64,000 nucleotides of DNA from Macrostomum lignano (GCA_002269645.1 NIVC01000176.1:248001-312000), one strand, 5' to 3'; counted from the stretch's first letter, positions 35,501-45,962 are shown. Program-made: numbers and translations. The notes: generated from the letters alone by a model not told the origin.

Positions 35501-37071
35501 CTGATTGGCTGTCATTCCAGTTGGACCATTCTGATTGGCTGCCATTCCAGTTATATCATTCTGATTGGCTGCCATTCCAGTTGGACTATTCTGATTGGCT
35601 GTCATTCCAGTTGGACTATTCTGATTGGCTGTCATTCCAGTTGGACCATTCTGATTGGCTGCCATTCCAGTTATATCATTCTGATTGGCTGCCATTCCAG
35701 TTAGATCATTCTGATTGGCTGCCATTTTAGTTGGAGTATTCTGATTAGCTATTGAAATTTCCTTCAATCAGGTGCCGTCACGGATCTCCGAATGTCGCTG
35801 ACCAACAACAATCTCTTTGCCGCAGTGGCCGTGTCACACGGCCTCGAGTCGCACCTGCTCTCGATGGACGAGCCGCTGCAAGATCTCATTATGGAATATC
35901 GAGAAAGCGCCGCCCAGTTCGATGGCCCGGACCGGTTCCGAAGGCTGAGCGACCAGTTCGTGGCCGATGCTGGAGCCGACGCAGCTCGGGTTGTCCGTCT
36001 GTCCGCCGTCAAGGTGAGTCCAGGGGCGTTCGGTAACTACCGATATGTACAGTTTGACCAATAGACTGGACGAATATGAGTTTGTGTCATGAGTTTAGTC
36101 GGTTGAAGGGTCGCTGTACACCCTGTGTGATTGTGTGCATGAGTAGAGTATCCGTTAAAAACGATACCATGACAATGATCACTAAAAAGTCGTTGCAAAC
36201 AACTCACTGGTGAAGCTAGCGACTGTAGCGTCAAATGCGACGGAGAGGCAAACTGTTGCGTCACAAGCGCGACGCAAATGCGCTTCTTCAAACACAATCC
36301 AGTGACTCTATAGCGACTCTAAGCACGCCTCAGATACGACTCGTGACTCTTGAGCAACTCTTTGATGACTTGCATCGTGACATCTCGTGGTTTGGAGTCA
36401 CTTCTTTCCAATTTTATTTGTGTCATCTGCAACGACCATGAAAAGACTCTGGGAGGGGGGGGGGGAAATTGGACAGAATTCTCACCCTCCTCGTCTCATA
36501 ATCAACCCAGGCTCTTGGCGACCTAGTCGAGTCCCTAGTTGGCGCCGTCTTCGCCGATTCCGGCTGGTCGCTGTCGGCCGCCTGGTCGCTGATCCGCCGC
36601 CTCATGTCGGAGCCGATGCGCGACTTCCTGGCCGAGCCGCCCCGCAACCCGGTGCGCCAGCTGCACGAGACCGCCGCCTCCATGGGCCTGGCCGTCAATT
36701 TCGAGATGCTGCAGTCCATGTCGTCGTCGACAGAGTCGCAGTTGACACCCGACGTGGCTGCCGCCGCAGACGCCCTGGCGGCCACCCGGATGCGCTTGCG
36801 AGTTGGCAGCGGCTTCGTCTACGAGGAGGCGGAGCGCAACAAGCGGCTGTGCCGGGTGGCTCTGGCCAGGCGATTCCTGACGGATCCGGCCGTGTGCAGC
36901 AGCGCCGGCGGCGGTGTCGTCGGCGGCAGCAAGCGTAAATCACCACCGTCAGTCAGCGAAAGCGAGGGTGACGGCGAAGGCGAAGTCGAGGTTGAAACTG
37001 CCGCTGTCAATAATGTTGCCGATGTTGTTGTTGGCGTTAGTTGTACCACGCAGCCAGCTGTTTTGATTTAA
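21146..37071 (+). CDS. dicer: Dicer endoribonuclease (15 exons, ~1610 aa): DExD/H helicase, DUF283, platform, reduced PAZ, RNase IIIa/IIIb, dsRBD
   Basis: Exons 21146-21226, 21504-21666, 22505-22899, 23364-~23622 (donor uncertain), 24901-25301, 27374-27796, 28613-28767, 29582-29882, 30307-30731, 31573-31815, 32853-33269, 33983-34238, 34731-35241, 35772-36013 and 36511-37071 are phase-consistent (4833 nt). Motifs: [26 protein letters not shown]-like [115 protein letters not shown] and [10 protein letters not shown]. Confidence 0.96.
21268..21470. repeat. (TCTG)n microsatellite, Dicer intron 1
   Basis: Visible tetranucleotide run. Confidence 0.97.
21745..22485. repeat. 20-bp minisatellite, Dicer intron 2
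   Basis: Unit ctcactcagccacctcagcc. Confidence 0.95.
22900..24800. repeat. ~33-bp minisatellite family in Dicer introns 3 and 4, spanning exon 4
   Basis: Core ggattagacactgggataatcc is degenerate at 22900-23150 and 23720-23990, and homogeneous at 24000-24800. Confidence 0.9.
25335..27325. repeat. 28-bp minisatellite (~2 kb), Dicer intron 5
   Basis: Unit atctggtatttgggatctggaatcaagc with shorter variants. Confidence 0.97.
27812..28362. repeat. 15-bp minisatellite, Dicer intron 6
   Basis: Unit ggcgcctctggtgct; spuriously extends ORF 27374..28369. Confidence 0.97.
28815..29549. repeat. (CAGA)n microsatellite, Dicer intron 7
   Basis: Visible tetranucleotide run. Confidence 0.97.
30761..30985 (+). 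mobile_element. tRNA-derived SINE with CORE-like body, Dicer intron 9
   Basis: A-box TAGCCTAGTGG and B-box GGTTCGATTCCC, followed by ccttgagcaagac...ctgcattgcttcagtt...ctgtaaaatggg, which resembles the MIR/CORE domain. A second copy is at 45134. Confidence 0.8.
31418..31478 (-). mobile_element. Truncated SINE head (tRNA-like part only), inverted
   Basis: Reverse complement gggttgaagcctagtggttagagcgtcggacccacggctgaaaggtcgggggttcgat aligns to 30761-30822. Confidence 0.8.
31823..32795. repeat. 26-bp minisatellite, Dicer intron 10
   Basis: Unit aaactaccacagagaatctaccccat. Confidence 0.97.
33305..33875. repeat. 20-bp minisatellite, Dicer intron 11
   Basis: Unit cacttggcactctgatgcct. Confidence 0.95.
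34245..34660. repeat. 21-bp minisatellite, Dicer intron 12
   Basis: Unit gattagggacaggtgtggctt. Confidence 0.95.
35258..35755. repeat. 30-bp minisatellite, Dicer intron 13
   Basis: Unit attctgattggctgtcattccagttggact. Confidence 0.96.
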
Positions 37072-37239
37072 GACTGTATTTCTGTATTTTCAGTTTCTTT
37101 CATTGCTTTTGTTCTGCTAAATTAGCAACAAATCTCCAAGGTTGAAAGTCTATAACAGGTGTCCCAAATTAGATCACTGTACTGACTTCTTTTGGGGCTC
37201 TGGGTATTTTGAAGGCCATATTCTGTCCATAAATTGATG

Positions 37240-37612
37240 CACAGGTCATAGATAAACAATAATATTAATGTACATTCAATATATACAATAAATATATTAT
37301 TTTTTTACCCATAAATAAACAATGCTATTATATGTACAGGCCATAGAAAAACAATGATATTGATGCGCAGGCCATAGATAAACAATGATATTGATGCACA
37401 GGTCATAGATAAACAATGATATTGATGCACAGGCCATAGATAAACAATGATATTGATGCACAGGCCATAGAAAAACAATGATATTGATGCGCAGGCCATA
37501 GATAAACAATGATATTGATGCACAGGCCATAGAAAAACAATGATATTGATGCACAGGCCATAGAAAAACAATGATATTGATGCGCAGGCCATAGAAAAAC
37601 AATGATACTGTG
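37240..37612. repeat. 31-bp minisatellite 3' of Dicer
   Basis: Unit caggccatagaaaaacaatgatattgatgca. Confidence 0.93.
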
Positions 37613-38507
37613 TCATCTAAAATTAAAGCTGAATTGAAAACTAAAAACTTATTTTAATTTGTTCCAAGTTTTTGTCTATGGTTGAAATCGACCAATGTGA
37701 CGCGTCATAGCAATAAGCCTTATAAGACCGAATAGTTTGTTTTCTCTGTGTTCAGTCTATTTTAATGATCAAGTTAATTTATCCTATCAATTTTTTAAGC
37801 TTATTACATGTGTGTATCTAAATAAGTACTTGTTAATCCTAAACTGTGTCTAATTTGCAACAGACAATATTTACTCACTGTCTTACTTAAATTTGCCATT
37901 TGCCATTGTATTTTCTCACTAGTGTAGACAAGCGAAGACATTTTCTGATCAGCCTGTATTTGCACTGACTAATTTTGTTTAGTCAAGACAAATTCGAAAC
38001 TAATTTCTCTGCAAAAACTACCATATACGTTCTATTCTCTGCCAGCGGGTAGGTGACAGATATATGATACAGCTATAGCACCGTCCGTTGGTAATAAAAG
38101 CGCCATTTTTTATAATTTTGCTGTTGTTATTTTGCTATAAATTTGTCCTTTTTGTTTATTTATAGAATTTTTCATTTTATTTTTGTCTATGGCCAAATCC
38201 GTGTATGGGGGAGAGCGTTGAATTGAAGACATCGAGTCTTGAATAGAGTGATTATGTGGGCAAGCGTAGGCGACGTCCGACCTCCCAACACTGTTGGTTG
38301 TCCTTGAGCATACCGCCTGGGCGGTGGTAGGAGACTGACTGACTGACTGACTGAATCGCCGCTGTGTCAGCAGATCAGGTCGTCATCGGCGTCAGCTGGG
38401 CAGCTCTGCGACAAAATTTCTAAGAGAATCCAAAGCTGACTCTGGACCCGCGCCATTCGGTTGGGACGAGCATCTGAGACCTCCGAGTGACAGGTGCGAG
38501 CCGAGAG

Positions 38508-39003
38508 TGTAGGCGGATCAGGTGCCCAGGGGATCAGGTGACGAGGGGATCAGGTGACCAGGGGATCAGGTGACGAGGGGATCAGGTGACCAGGGGATCA
38601 GGTGACGAGGGGATCAGGTGACGAGGGGATCAGGTGACCAGGGGATCAGGTGACGAGGGGATCAGGTGACGAGGGGATCAGGTGACCAGGGGATCAGGTG
38701 CCCAGGGGATCAGGTGCCCAGGGGATCAGGTGCCCAGGGGATCAGGTGCCCAGGGGATCAGGTGCCTAGGGGATCAGGTGACCAGGGGATCAGGTGACCA
38801 GGGGATCAGGTGCCCAGGGGATCAGGTGACGAGGGGATCAGGTGACGAGGGGATCAGGTGCCCAGGGGATCAGGTGACGAGGGGATCAGGTGACCAGGGG
38901 ATCAGGTGCCCAGGGGATCAGGTGACCAGGGGATCAGGTGCCCAGGGGATCAGGTGCCCAGGGGATCAGGTGACCAGGGGATCAGGTGACCTAATTCTGA
39001 GCA
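38508..39003 (+). mobile_element. Dispersed minisatellite-bearing element, copy 1 (19-bp array with conserved unique ends)
   Basis: gtgtaggcggatcaggtg..(ggggatcaggtgacc/ccca)n..ggtgacctaattctgagc, followed by an (agtc)n tail. An inverted copy is at 42115-42609. Confidence 0.75.
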
Positions 39004-39269
39004 GTCAGTCAGTCAGCAACTCACTCAAGTCAGTCAGCAACTCACTCAAGTCAGTCAGTCAGTCAGTCAGTCAGTCAGTCAGTCAGTCAGTCAGTCAGTC
39101 AATCAGTGTAGCACTGGCTGAAGCCAACCTGCACTGTGAAGTCAAGTTGCTCACTGTCTGTCAGCACAATCGTCTGCTCTCGCTACATTTTCGCTGTGCT
39201 GCTAGCTAGGATAACCGCTCACCCCTGCCACCACCTCGCCGTCAGGCTCGTCCCTCGCCGCTTAATGAA

Positions 39270-39475
39270 GCCGCCAATTTTGGCTGGTTGGCTGATTGAC
39301 TGTAGTTGCAGCGCTTCACGAGCTGGCGTAGAGAACCCATGAACCGGTCGAAGTCTTCCAATTCTCCTTGCATTCTGGTGCGCAGCTGTTGGCGATCAAA
39401 TGTCTCGTTGGAGAGAGGCTGACAGTAGTCATCAAACTTCTTAATCAGATCCTCGTACTTTTGCGCCTCAGCAGT
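39270..39475 (-). pseudogene. Ty3/Gypsy-type gag fragment
   Basis: Hand translation EAQKYEDLIKKFDDYCQPLSNETFDRQQLRTRMQGELEDFDRFMGSLRQLVKRCNY resembles the KFxxYCxPxxNxxxxRxxxxxRxQxxxExxDxxxxxLRxLxxxCxF gag block of invertebrate Gypsy elements. Not in the ORF track. Confidence 0.7.
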
Positions 39476-39496
39476 ACGAGGTTGAGCTTATTAGAC

Positions 39497-39640
39497 ACGA
39501 GAATCAGTGTGAGCTGAGTTCATTACACACGAGAATCAGTGTGAGCTGAGTTCATTACACACGAGAATCAGTGTGAGCTGAGTTCATTACACACGAGAAT
39601 CAGTGTGAGCTGAGTTCATTAAACACGAGAATCAGTGTCA
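39497..39640. repeat. 30-bp tandem repeat (~4.5 copies)
   Basis: Unit acacgagaatcagtgtgagctgagttcatt. Confidence 0.92.
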
Positions 39641-39911
39641 GCTTCAGGCTCCAGGTGAGGCCGGCAGGATCAGAGAGCCGTGAGAAGTCAAAAAGGTTAT
39701 CAGTAAAATCCAGAATTCAACCAGACGCCAGGTTGATAACAGTTTCCTGTGCTGGCCTGGAATCTCTTGTCCTACTGATAAAACGGCCGATAACCTTAGT
39801 ATGAATAGGCTGTCATGTCACTTAGTTTGTTAGTTTACTTCCTTTAAAAGACTCAATTCGGTCCGAGCAAAGTTGAATAATAATTCTTTGAAACAAGACC
39901 AACAAGCAACA

Positions 39912-42900
39912 ATGGCCCGGTTCTCTCTGCTTTCTGCGATTCTCCTGCACCTGGTGGTTGTCTCCATGCAGCAGGGCTACGATGAGCCCCTCGGTGAGTT
40001 ACCATTGTCTGGCCTTCGTGCTACTTGTTCGATTAGCTTTATAGCTTTATTTGCGATTAGATCGATTAGCTCGTCACAATCCCTTTATAAAGCGCATTAC
40101 TAATTTATAATGCTCTGATGAGTATTGAGAACCCAAGCAGTGGCCATAGAGACAGTGAGAAGCCAATCAGTGGCCACAGAGACAGTGAGAAGCCAAGCAG
40201 TGGCCACAGAGACCATGAGAAGCCAAGCAGTGGCCATAGAGACAGTGAGAACCCAAGCAGTGGCTACAGAAACAGTGAGAAGCCAAGCAGTGGCCACAGA
40301 GACAGTGAGAAGCCAAGCAGTGGCCACAGAAACAGTGAGAAGCCAATAGTAGCCATAGAGACAATGAGAAGCCAAACAGTGGTCACAGAAACATTGAGAA
40401 GCCATATATTCCACCACTGCATCAAACTCTTCATACACTAGATGTGAAGCTACTTATCAAGTAGCATAAGCCACGCATAGCCATTGCTGAACCCCCACAA
40501 TCCGCAGACATTCGACAGCGACTCGGCAGCAGCTCGGTGGCGAAGATCAACGACCAGATCCCAATACAGTTCAATGCTATGTACCTCTACGAAGCTATGG
40601 TAAGTTTTTTTCCTGATTCAAAGTCGCCACCCAACCAACTTACTTCGTGTTAAACCCTAGGCGGAGTGTCAGGGGGTGCGAGCGTACCTTGAGCTCACGC
40701 CCACCCTCAAAGTTGTTCAAAGTTTATGTTTCCTATCAATACTGTAATTTTGTGGAACTCTATCCGTTGAATCCCAGGGTTTTGACCGCGGATTCTTTCA
40801 ATCAAAATCCTTGGCTCAAACGCAAAACACGGGTAATCCGAACGCCCCGTCCGCAGGCCAGCTACTTCGGCAGGCCCAGCGTCGGTCTTCCCGGCTTCAA
40901 GAAATTCTTCAAGAGGGCCGCCGACAAGGAGCGAGAGCGCGCGCACAAACTGATCGACTACCTCAACATGCGGGGCGGCCACGTCAAGCTGAAGCCGATT
41001 ATCGTGAGTGCCTGGTCACCCGGTCACTTACCGTAATACCTGGTCATGGTCACCTAATACCTGGTCACCTAACATCTCGTCACCTAACACCTGGTCACCT
41101 AACACATGGTCACCTAACACCTGGTTACCTAACACCTGGTCACCTAACACCTGGTCACCTAACACCTGGTCACCTAACATCTCGTCACCTAACACCTGGT
41201 CACCTAACACCTGGTCACCTAACCTGGTCACCTAACACCTGGTCACCTAACACCTGGTCACCTAACACCTGGTCACCTAACTCTCGTCACCTAACACCTG
41301 GTCACCTAACACCTGGTCACCTAACCTGGTCACCTAACACCTGGTCACCTAACACCTGGTCACCTAACACCTGGTCACCTAACACCTGGTCACCTAACAC
41401 CTGGTCACCTAACACCTGGGCACCTACCGTAACACCTAGGCACCTACCGTAACACCTGGGCACCTACCGTAACACCTGGGCGCCTACCGTAACGCCTTGG
41501 CACCTACCGTAAAACCTGGGCACCTACCATAACACCTGGTCACCTAACACCTGGGCACCTACCATAACACCTGGTCACCTAACACCTGGGCACCAACCGT
41601 AAAACCTGGTCACCTAACACCTGGTAACCTAACACCTGGTCACTTACCGTAATACCTGGTCATGGTCACCTAACACCTGGTCACCTAGCACCTGGTCACC
41701 TGGTCCTAGTTACCTGGTCACCTAGCTGATCTCCTGGTCACCTGGTCACTTACTCCCCCGGTCCCAGTTTCCAGTGATTAGAACAAATTTACATTTTTTA
41801 ACCTGTAGCTTGAAGCTTTAATGTAGCCCCAAGGACTTTTATCTTTGTTGCAGCCTCCCAGAGATTACGAGTGGTCATCCGCCCCTGACGCAACCAAGGC
41901 GGCTCTTGACACCCAGAAGAACATCACACAGGAGTTGTACATCCTGCGAGATCGGGCCGACATGGAGAGCGACCCGCATGTGAGCCCTCATTCCTGTCAA
42001 ATCAATTAACTCACACTTATATATTGTATTTTGTGCTTCTTTGCTTTCACGCATTGTTCTACTGGCTTATCCATCAAGCCTAACGGTGATAAAATGGTGA
42101 CTGAGTGAATGACAGCTCAGAATTAGGTCACCTGATCCCCTGGGCACCTGATCCCCTGGGCACCTGATCCCCTAGGCACCTGATCCCCTGGGCACCTGAT
42201 CCCCTGGGCACCTGATCCCCTGGGCACCTGATCCCCTGGGCACCTGATCCCCTGGGCACCTGATCCCCTGGGCACCTGATCCCCTGGGCACCTGATCCCC
42301 TGGGCACCTGATCCCCTGGGCACCTGATCCCCTGGGCACCTGATCCCCTGGGCACCTGATCCCCTGGGCACCTGATCCCCTGGGCACCTGATCCCCTGGG
42401 CACCTGATCCCCTGGGCACCTGATCCCCTGGGCACCTGATCCCCTGGGCACCTGATCCCCTGGGCACCTGATCCCCTGGGCACCTGATCCCCTGGGCACC
42501 TGATCCCCTGGGCACCTGATCCCCTGGGCACCTGATCCCCTGGTCACCTGATCCCCTGGGCACCTGATCCCCTGGGCACCTGATCTCCTGGGCACCTGAT
42601 CCGCCTACACACTGAGGCATGTTGCTGATGCTGATTGGTCGGTTGGGTCAGCCCTAGCTGACCCGCTATTAACCTCCGTCCCGACCTCCCCACCATCAAC
42701 CAGCCAATCAGCGACGAGCAGAATTCTTCAATAGACTAATACGAGTATTCTATCCAATTATTTTATTTTCTACAAAAATGCTCACCTTAAACTTAAAAGA
42801 GAATAGCTGCATATGAATATTCTTTAAATTGCTATGTATATTTGTATAGTATAGCTACATATACTCTACGAAATTGCTACTAAAATCTTTAACTTCCAGC

Positions 42901-43034
42901 TGGTGAAATTCATCGAGTCGGAGTTGCTGACCGAGCAGGTGACCGGCATCCGGGATCTGCGGGAACTCATCGCCCGCTTGTTCAGGGCTGGCAGCGGCCT
43001 TGGCGAGGTCATTGTGGACAAGGAGCTCAACTAG
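39912..43034 (+). CDS. Secreted ferritin subunit (signal peptide; 5 exons, 193 aa)
   Basis: Exons 39912-39993, 40508-40599, 40857-41003, 41854-41979 and 42900-43034 (582 nt, phase-consistent). Protein: MARFSLLSAILLHLVVVSMQQG..INDQIPIQFNAMYLYEAMASYFGRPSVGLPGFKKFF..ERERAHKLIDYLNMRGG..AALDTQKNITQEL..DPHLVKFIESELLTEQV..GSGLGEVIVDKELN. Confidence 0.92.
40125..40400. repeat. 30-bp minisatellite, ferritin intron 1
   Basis: Unit agaagccaagcagtggccacagagacagtg. Confidence 0.93.
41010..41750. repeat. 15-bp minisatellite, ferritin intron 3
   Basis: Unit cacctaacacctggt and variants. Confidence 0.94.
42115..42609 (-). mobile_element. Dispersed minisatellite-bearing element, copy 2 (ferritin intron 4)
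   Basis: gctcagaattaggtcacctgatcccc...cacctgatccgcctacac is the reverse complement of both unique ends of 38508-39003. Confidence 0.75.
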
Positions 43035-43424
43035 ATACTGTGGAGATCACTGATGCAATGTCATACGTGTGTGGCTGATTTGCGTGACTGTACAGTAGGA
43101 CTAGCATTATGACGCTCAAGGTTTCAGATTGAATATCGATGACTGAATTTTTCTGATATCAGATCAACCTTGCCAAACTGCACCTCATTTTGTCACCTTG
43201 GTCACCTGATTCGCAATGATTTGAACAACATAATCTGCGTTCACTCCAGCAGGGTCGTATTAGATAGACGGTCGACTTATCTATAATGGAAAATGAATAT
43301 TTTCAATAATTCACCTGGCGCACATTCAATATTTACAATTGCAATAATTTTTCCACGTCCGATCGACAGCCGACCGATCTCGGTCGGGTCGGGAAAAGTG
43401 ACGTTCATTCCTTGCAGGCAGTGG

Positions 43425-44552
43425 TGCCAGACTGAATTCCCCCTGATGCACTGTGTCTCAGCTAGGTTTGCTCAGACTGAATTCCCCCTGATGCATTGTC
43501 TCAGTTAGGTTTGCTCAGACTGAATTCCCCCTGATGCACTGTGTCTCAGTTGGTTTGCTCAGACTGAATTCCCCCTGATGCACTGTGTCTCAGTTGGGAT
43601 TGCTCAGACTGAATTCCCCCTGATGCACTGTGTCTCAGTTGGGTTTGCTCAGACTGAATTCCCCCTGATGCATTGTCTCAGTTAGGTTTGCTAAGACTGA
43701 ATTCCCCCTGATGCACTGTGTCTCAGTTGGGATTGCTCAGACTGAATTCCCCCTGATGCACTGTGTCTCAGTTGGTTTGCTCAGACTGAATTCCCCCTGA
43801 TGCACTGTGTCTCAGTTGGGATTGCTCAGACTGAATTCCCCCTGATGCACTGTGTCTCAGTTAGGTTTGCTCAGACTGAAATTCCCCCTGATGCATTGTC
43901 TCAGTTAGGTTTGCTAAGACTGAATTCCCCCTGATGCACTGTGTCTCAGTTGGGATTGCTCAGACTGAATTCCCCCTGATGCACTGTGTCTCAATTGGGA
44001 TTGCTCAGACTGAATTCCCCCTGATGCACTGTGTCTCAGTTGGGATTGCTCAGACTGAATTCCCCCTGATGCACTGTGTCTCAATTGGTTTGCTCAGACT
44101 GAAATTCCCCCTGATGCATTGTCTCAGTTAGGTTTGCTCAGACTGAATTCCCCCTGATGCACTGTGTCTCAGTTGGGATTGCTCAGACTGAATTCCCCCT
44201 GATGCATTGTCTCAGTTAGGTTTGCTCAGACTGAATTCCCCCTGATGCACTGTGTCTCAGTTGGGATTGCTCAGACTGAATTCCCCCTGATGCATTGTCT
44301 CAGTTAGGTTTGCTCAGACTGAATTCCCCCTGATGCACTGTGTCTCAGTTGGGATTGCTCAGACTGAATTCCCCCTGATGCACTGTGTCTCAGTTGGGAT
44401 TGCTCAGACTGAATTCCCCCTGATGCACTGTGTCTCAATTGGGATTGCTCAGACTGAATTCCCCCTGATGCACTGTGTCTCAGTTGGGATTGCTCAGACT
44501 GAATTCCCCCTGATGCACTGTCTCAGTTGGGATTGCTCAGACTGAATTTCCC
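43425..44552. repeat. ~45-bp tandem repeat (~25 copies)
   Basis: Unit cagactgaattccccctgatgcactgtgtctcagttgggattgct. Confidence 0.96.
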
Positions 44553-45133
44553 CTGTGCTGTCGTACAAAAGTCGCGCCCCTATATGGAAATTCAAATCGC
44601 CCCCGTATTCTGCCTGCAGTTGTCGATAGTTTGAAGAAAGTCAATTTTACCAATAAAATTTCTGTATTGCTACTGCTCAGCGGATAGCAGTAGTATGTCT
44701 TGAGCATAAATGGACAAGCCGTGACTAGGAACTCTCTTAAGAAATGAAATCGTAAACCAAAGCAAACTATGAAGCGAAAAAAACGATTTTTCATTTCTGA
44801 ATGAAGCGGGGCATAAATCAGACAGGAGAAATCTCCCAACTTTTTTTCGGAGCACAGATCGTCAATCTTATTTCAGCTTGGGCTTCGGGGAGCTGAGGAG
44901 ACTCCATGTCACAGGATTTATTACCTATCTGTTAGCTTCAGTAGGTGGCACTAAAACTGGCAGCGTACGAGCTATTTTTTTGTCTTCGAATTCACTGACA
45001 TGAAACAATCAAGATAATTTATGCCTATGAGCTCCAGACTATCCTTGCAGTTTTTTTCTTGAACAATTTATCACAATTTGGACTCGATTCAACTCTTCTT
45101 TTTGCTTTCTGCGCTCTGTTTGTGTGTTAATAA

Positions 45134-45345
45134 GAGGGGTTGAGGCTTAGTGGTATAGAGCGTCAGACTCACGACTAATGAAAGGTCGGGGTTCGATTCT
45201 CGACCCACTCGACTCGGGACAATTTGTGTCCTTGAGCAGGAGAACACTTAACTCTGCATTGCTTCAGTTCACCGAACTGTAAAATGGGTGCCAGCATTAG
45301 CTTGGGTAATTGAGGGTGTGTGTGGCGGCCCCCTTGGACTGAGTC
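45134..45345 (+). mobile_element. tRNA-derived CORE-like SINE, second full copy
   Basis: Colinear with 30761-30985: head, ccttgagcag..ctgcattgcttcagtt..ctgtaaaatgggtgccagcattagc..gtgtgtggcg..ccttggactga. Confidence 0.8.
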
Positions 45346-45384
45346 CATTAGGGCAAGGTGTATTCAGCTATCGAATTGAGCATT

Positions 45385-45657
45385 TGAGCATTGGCATTTC
45401 AGCACCCCATTTCAGCATTGGCATCTCAGCAACCCCATTTGAGCACTGGCATTTCGGCAACCCCATTTGAGTATTGGCATCTCAGCAACCCCATTTGAGT
45501 ATTGGCATCTCAGCAACCCCATTTGAGTATTGGCATCTCAGCAACCCCATTTGAGTATTGGCATCTCAGCAACCCCATTTGAGTATTGGCATCTCAGCAA
45601 CCCCATTTGAGTAGTGGCATCTCAGCAACCCCATTTGAGTAGTGGCATCTCAGCAAC
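45385..45657. repeat. 28-bp minisatellite
   Basis: Unit cagcaaccccatttgagtattggcatct. Confidence 0.93.
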
Positions 45658-45706
45658 AGTAGCTGAAAGTTCGAGCTAAAAGAGGTAATCATCCGCTTAC
45701 GCGACC

Positions 45707-45962
45707 CTAAAAGACTTCTGTAGTGGTAAAAAGCATTAACCCGGATTTCAAATTTCTTGCTATGCTCGAACAGACGCATTTCACTCTCGCCTGCGCGACT
45801 CCCAGGTGAGCCAGGACCCGGCGCTGGGCTGCCGCTTCCAGGCGTTCCTGCAGGGCGCGCAGAAGACGAGCCGCGGCCTCAGGCCGGAGCCCGTCGAACT
45901 GCAGATCAAGGATCATGATTTCCTTAAACCGGTTCATCAGGTCATGAATTTTTGCGTAATCT
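45707..45962 (-). other. Isolated GC-rich exon-like or coding fragment of unknown identity
   Basis: YAKIHDLMNRFKEIMILDLQFDGLRPEAAARLLRALQERLEAAAQRRVLAHLG has coding-like G/C third positions. No partner exons or family were identified. Confidence 0.3.

Noticed and set aside
39497-39640. Iron-responsive element (CAGTGT) upstream of ferritin
   Set aside because: The hexamer is part of a 30-bp tandem repeat and its flanks (agaat / gagct) do not form the IRE stem.
43425-44552. Regularly spaced 28-64-bp repeats resembling CRISPR arrays
   Set aside because: Units are head-to-tail with no unique spacers, there are no cas genes, and the context is eukaryotic.
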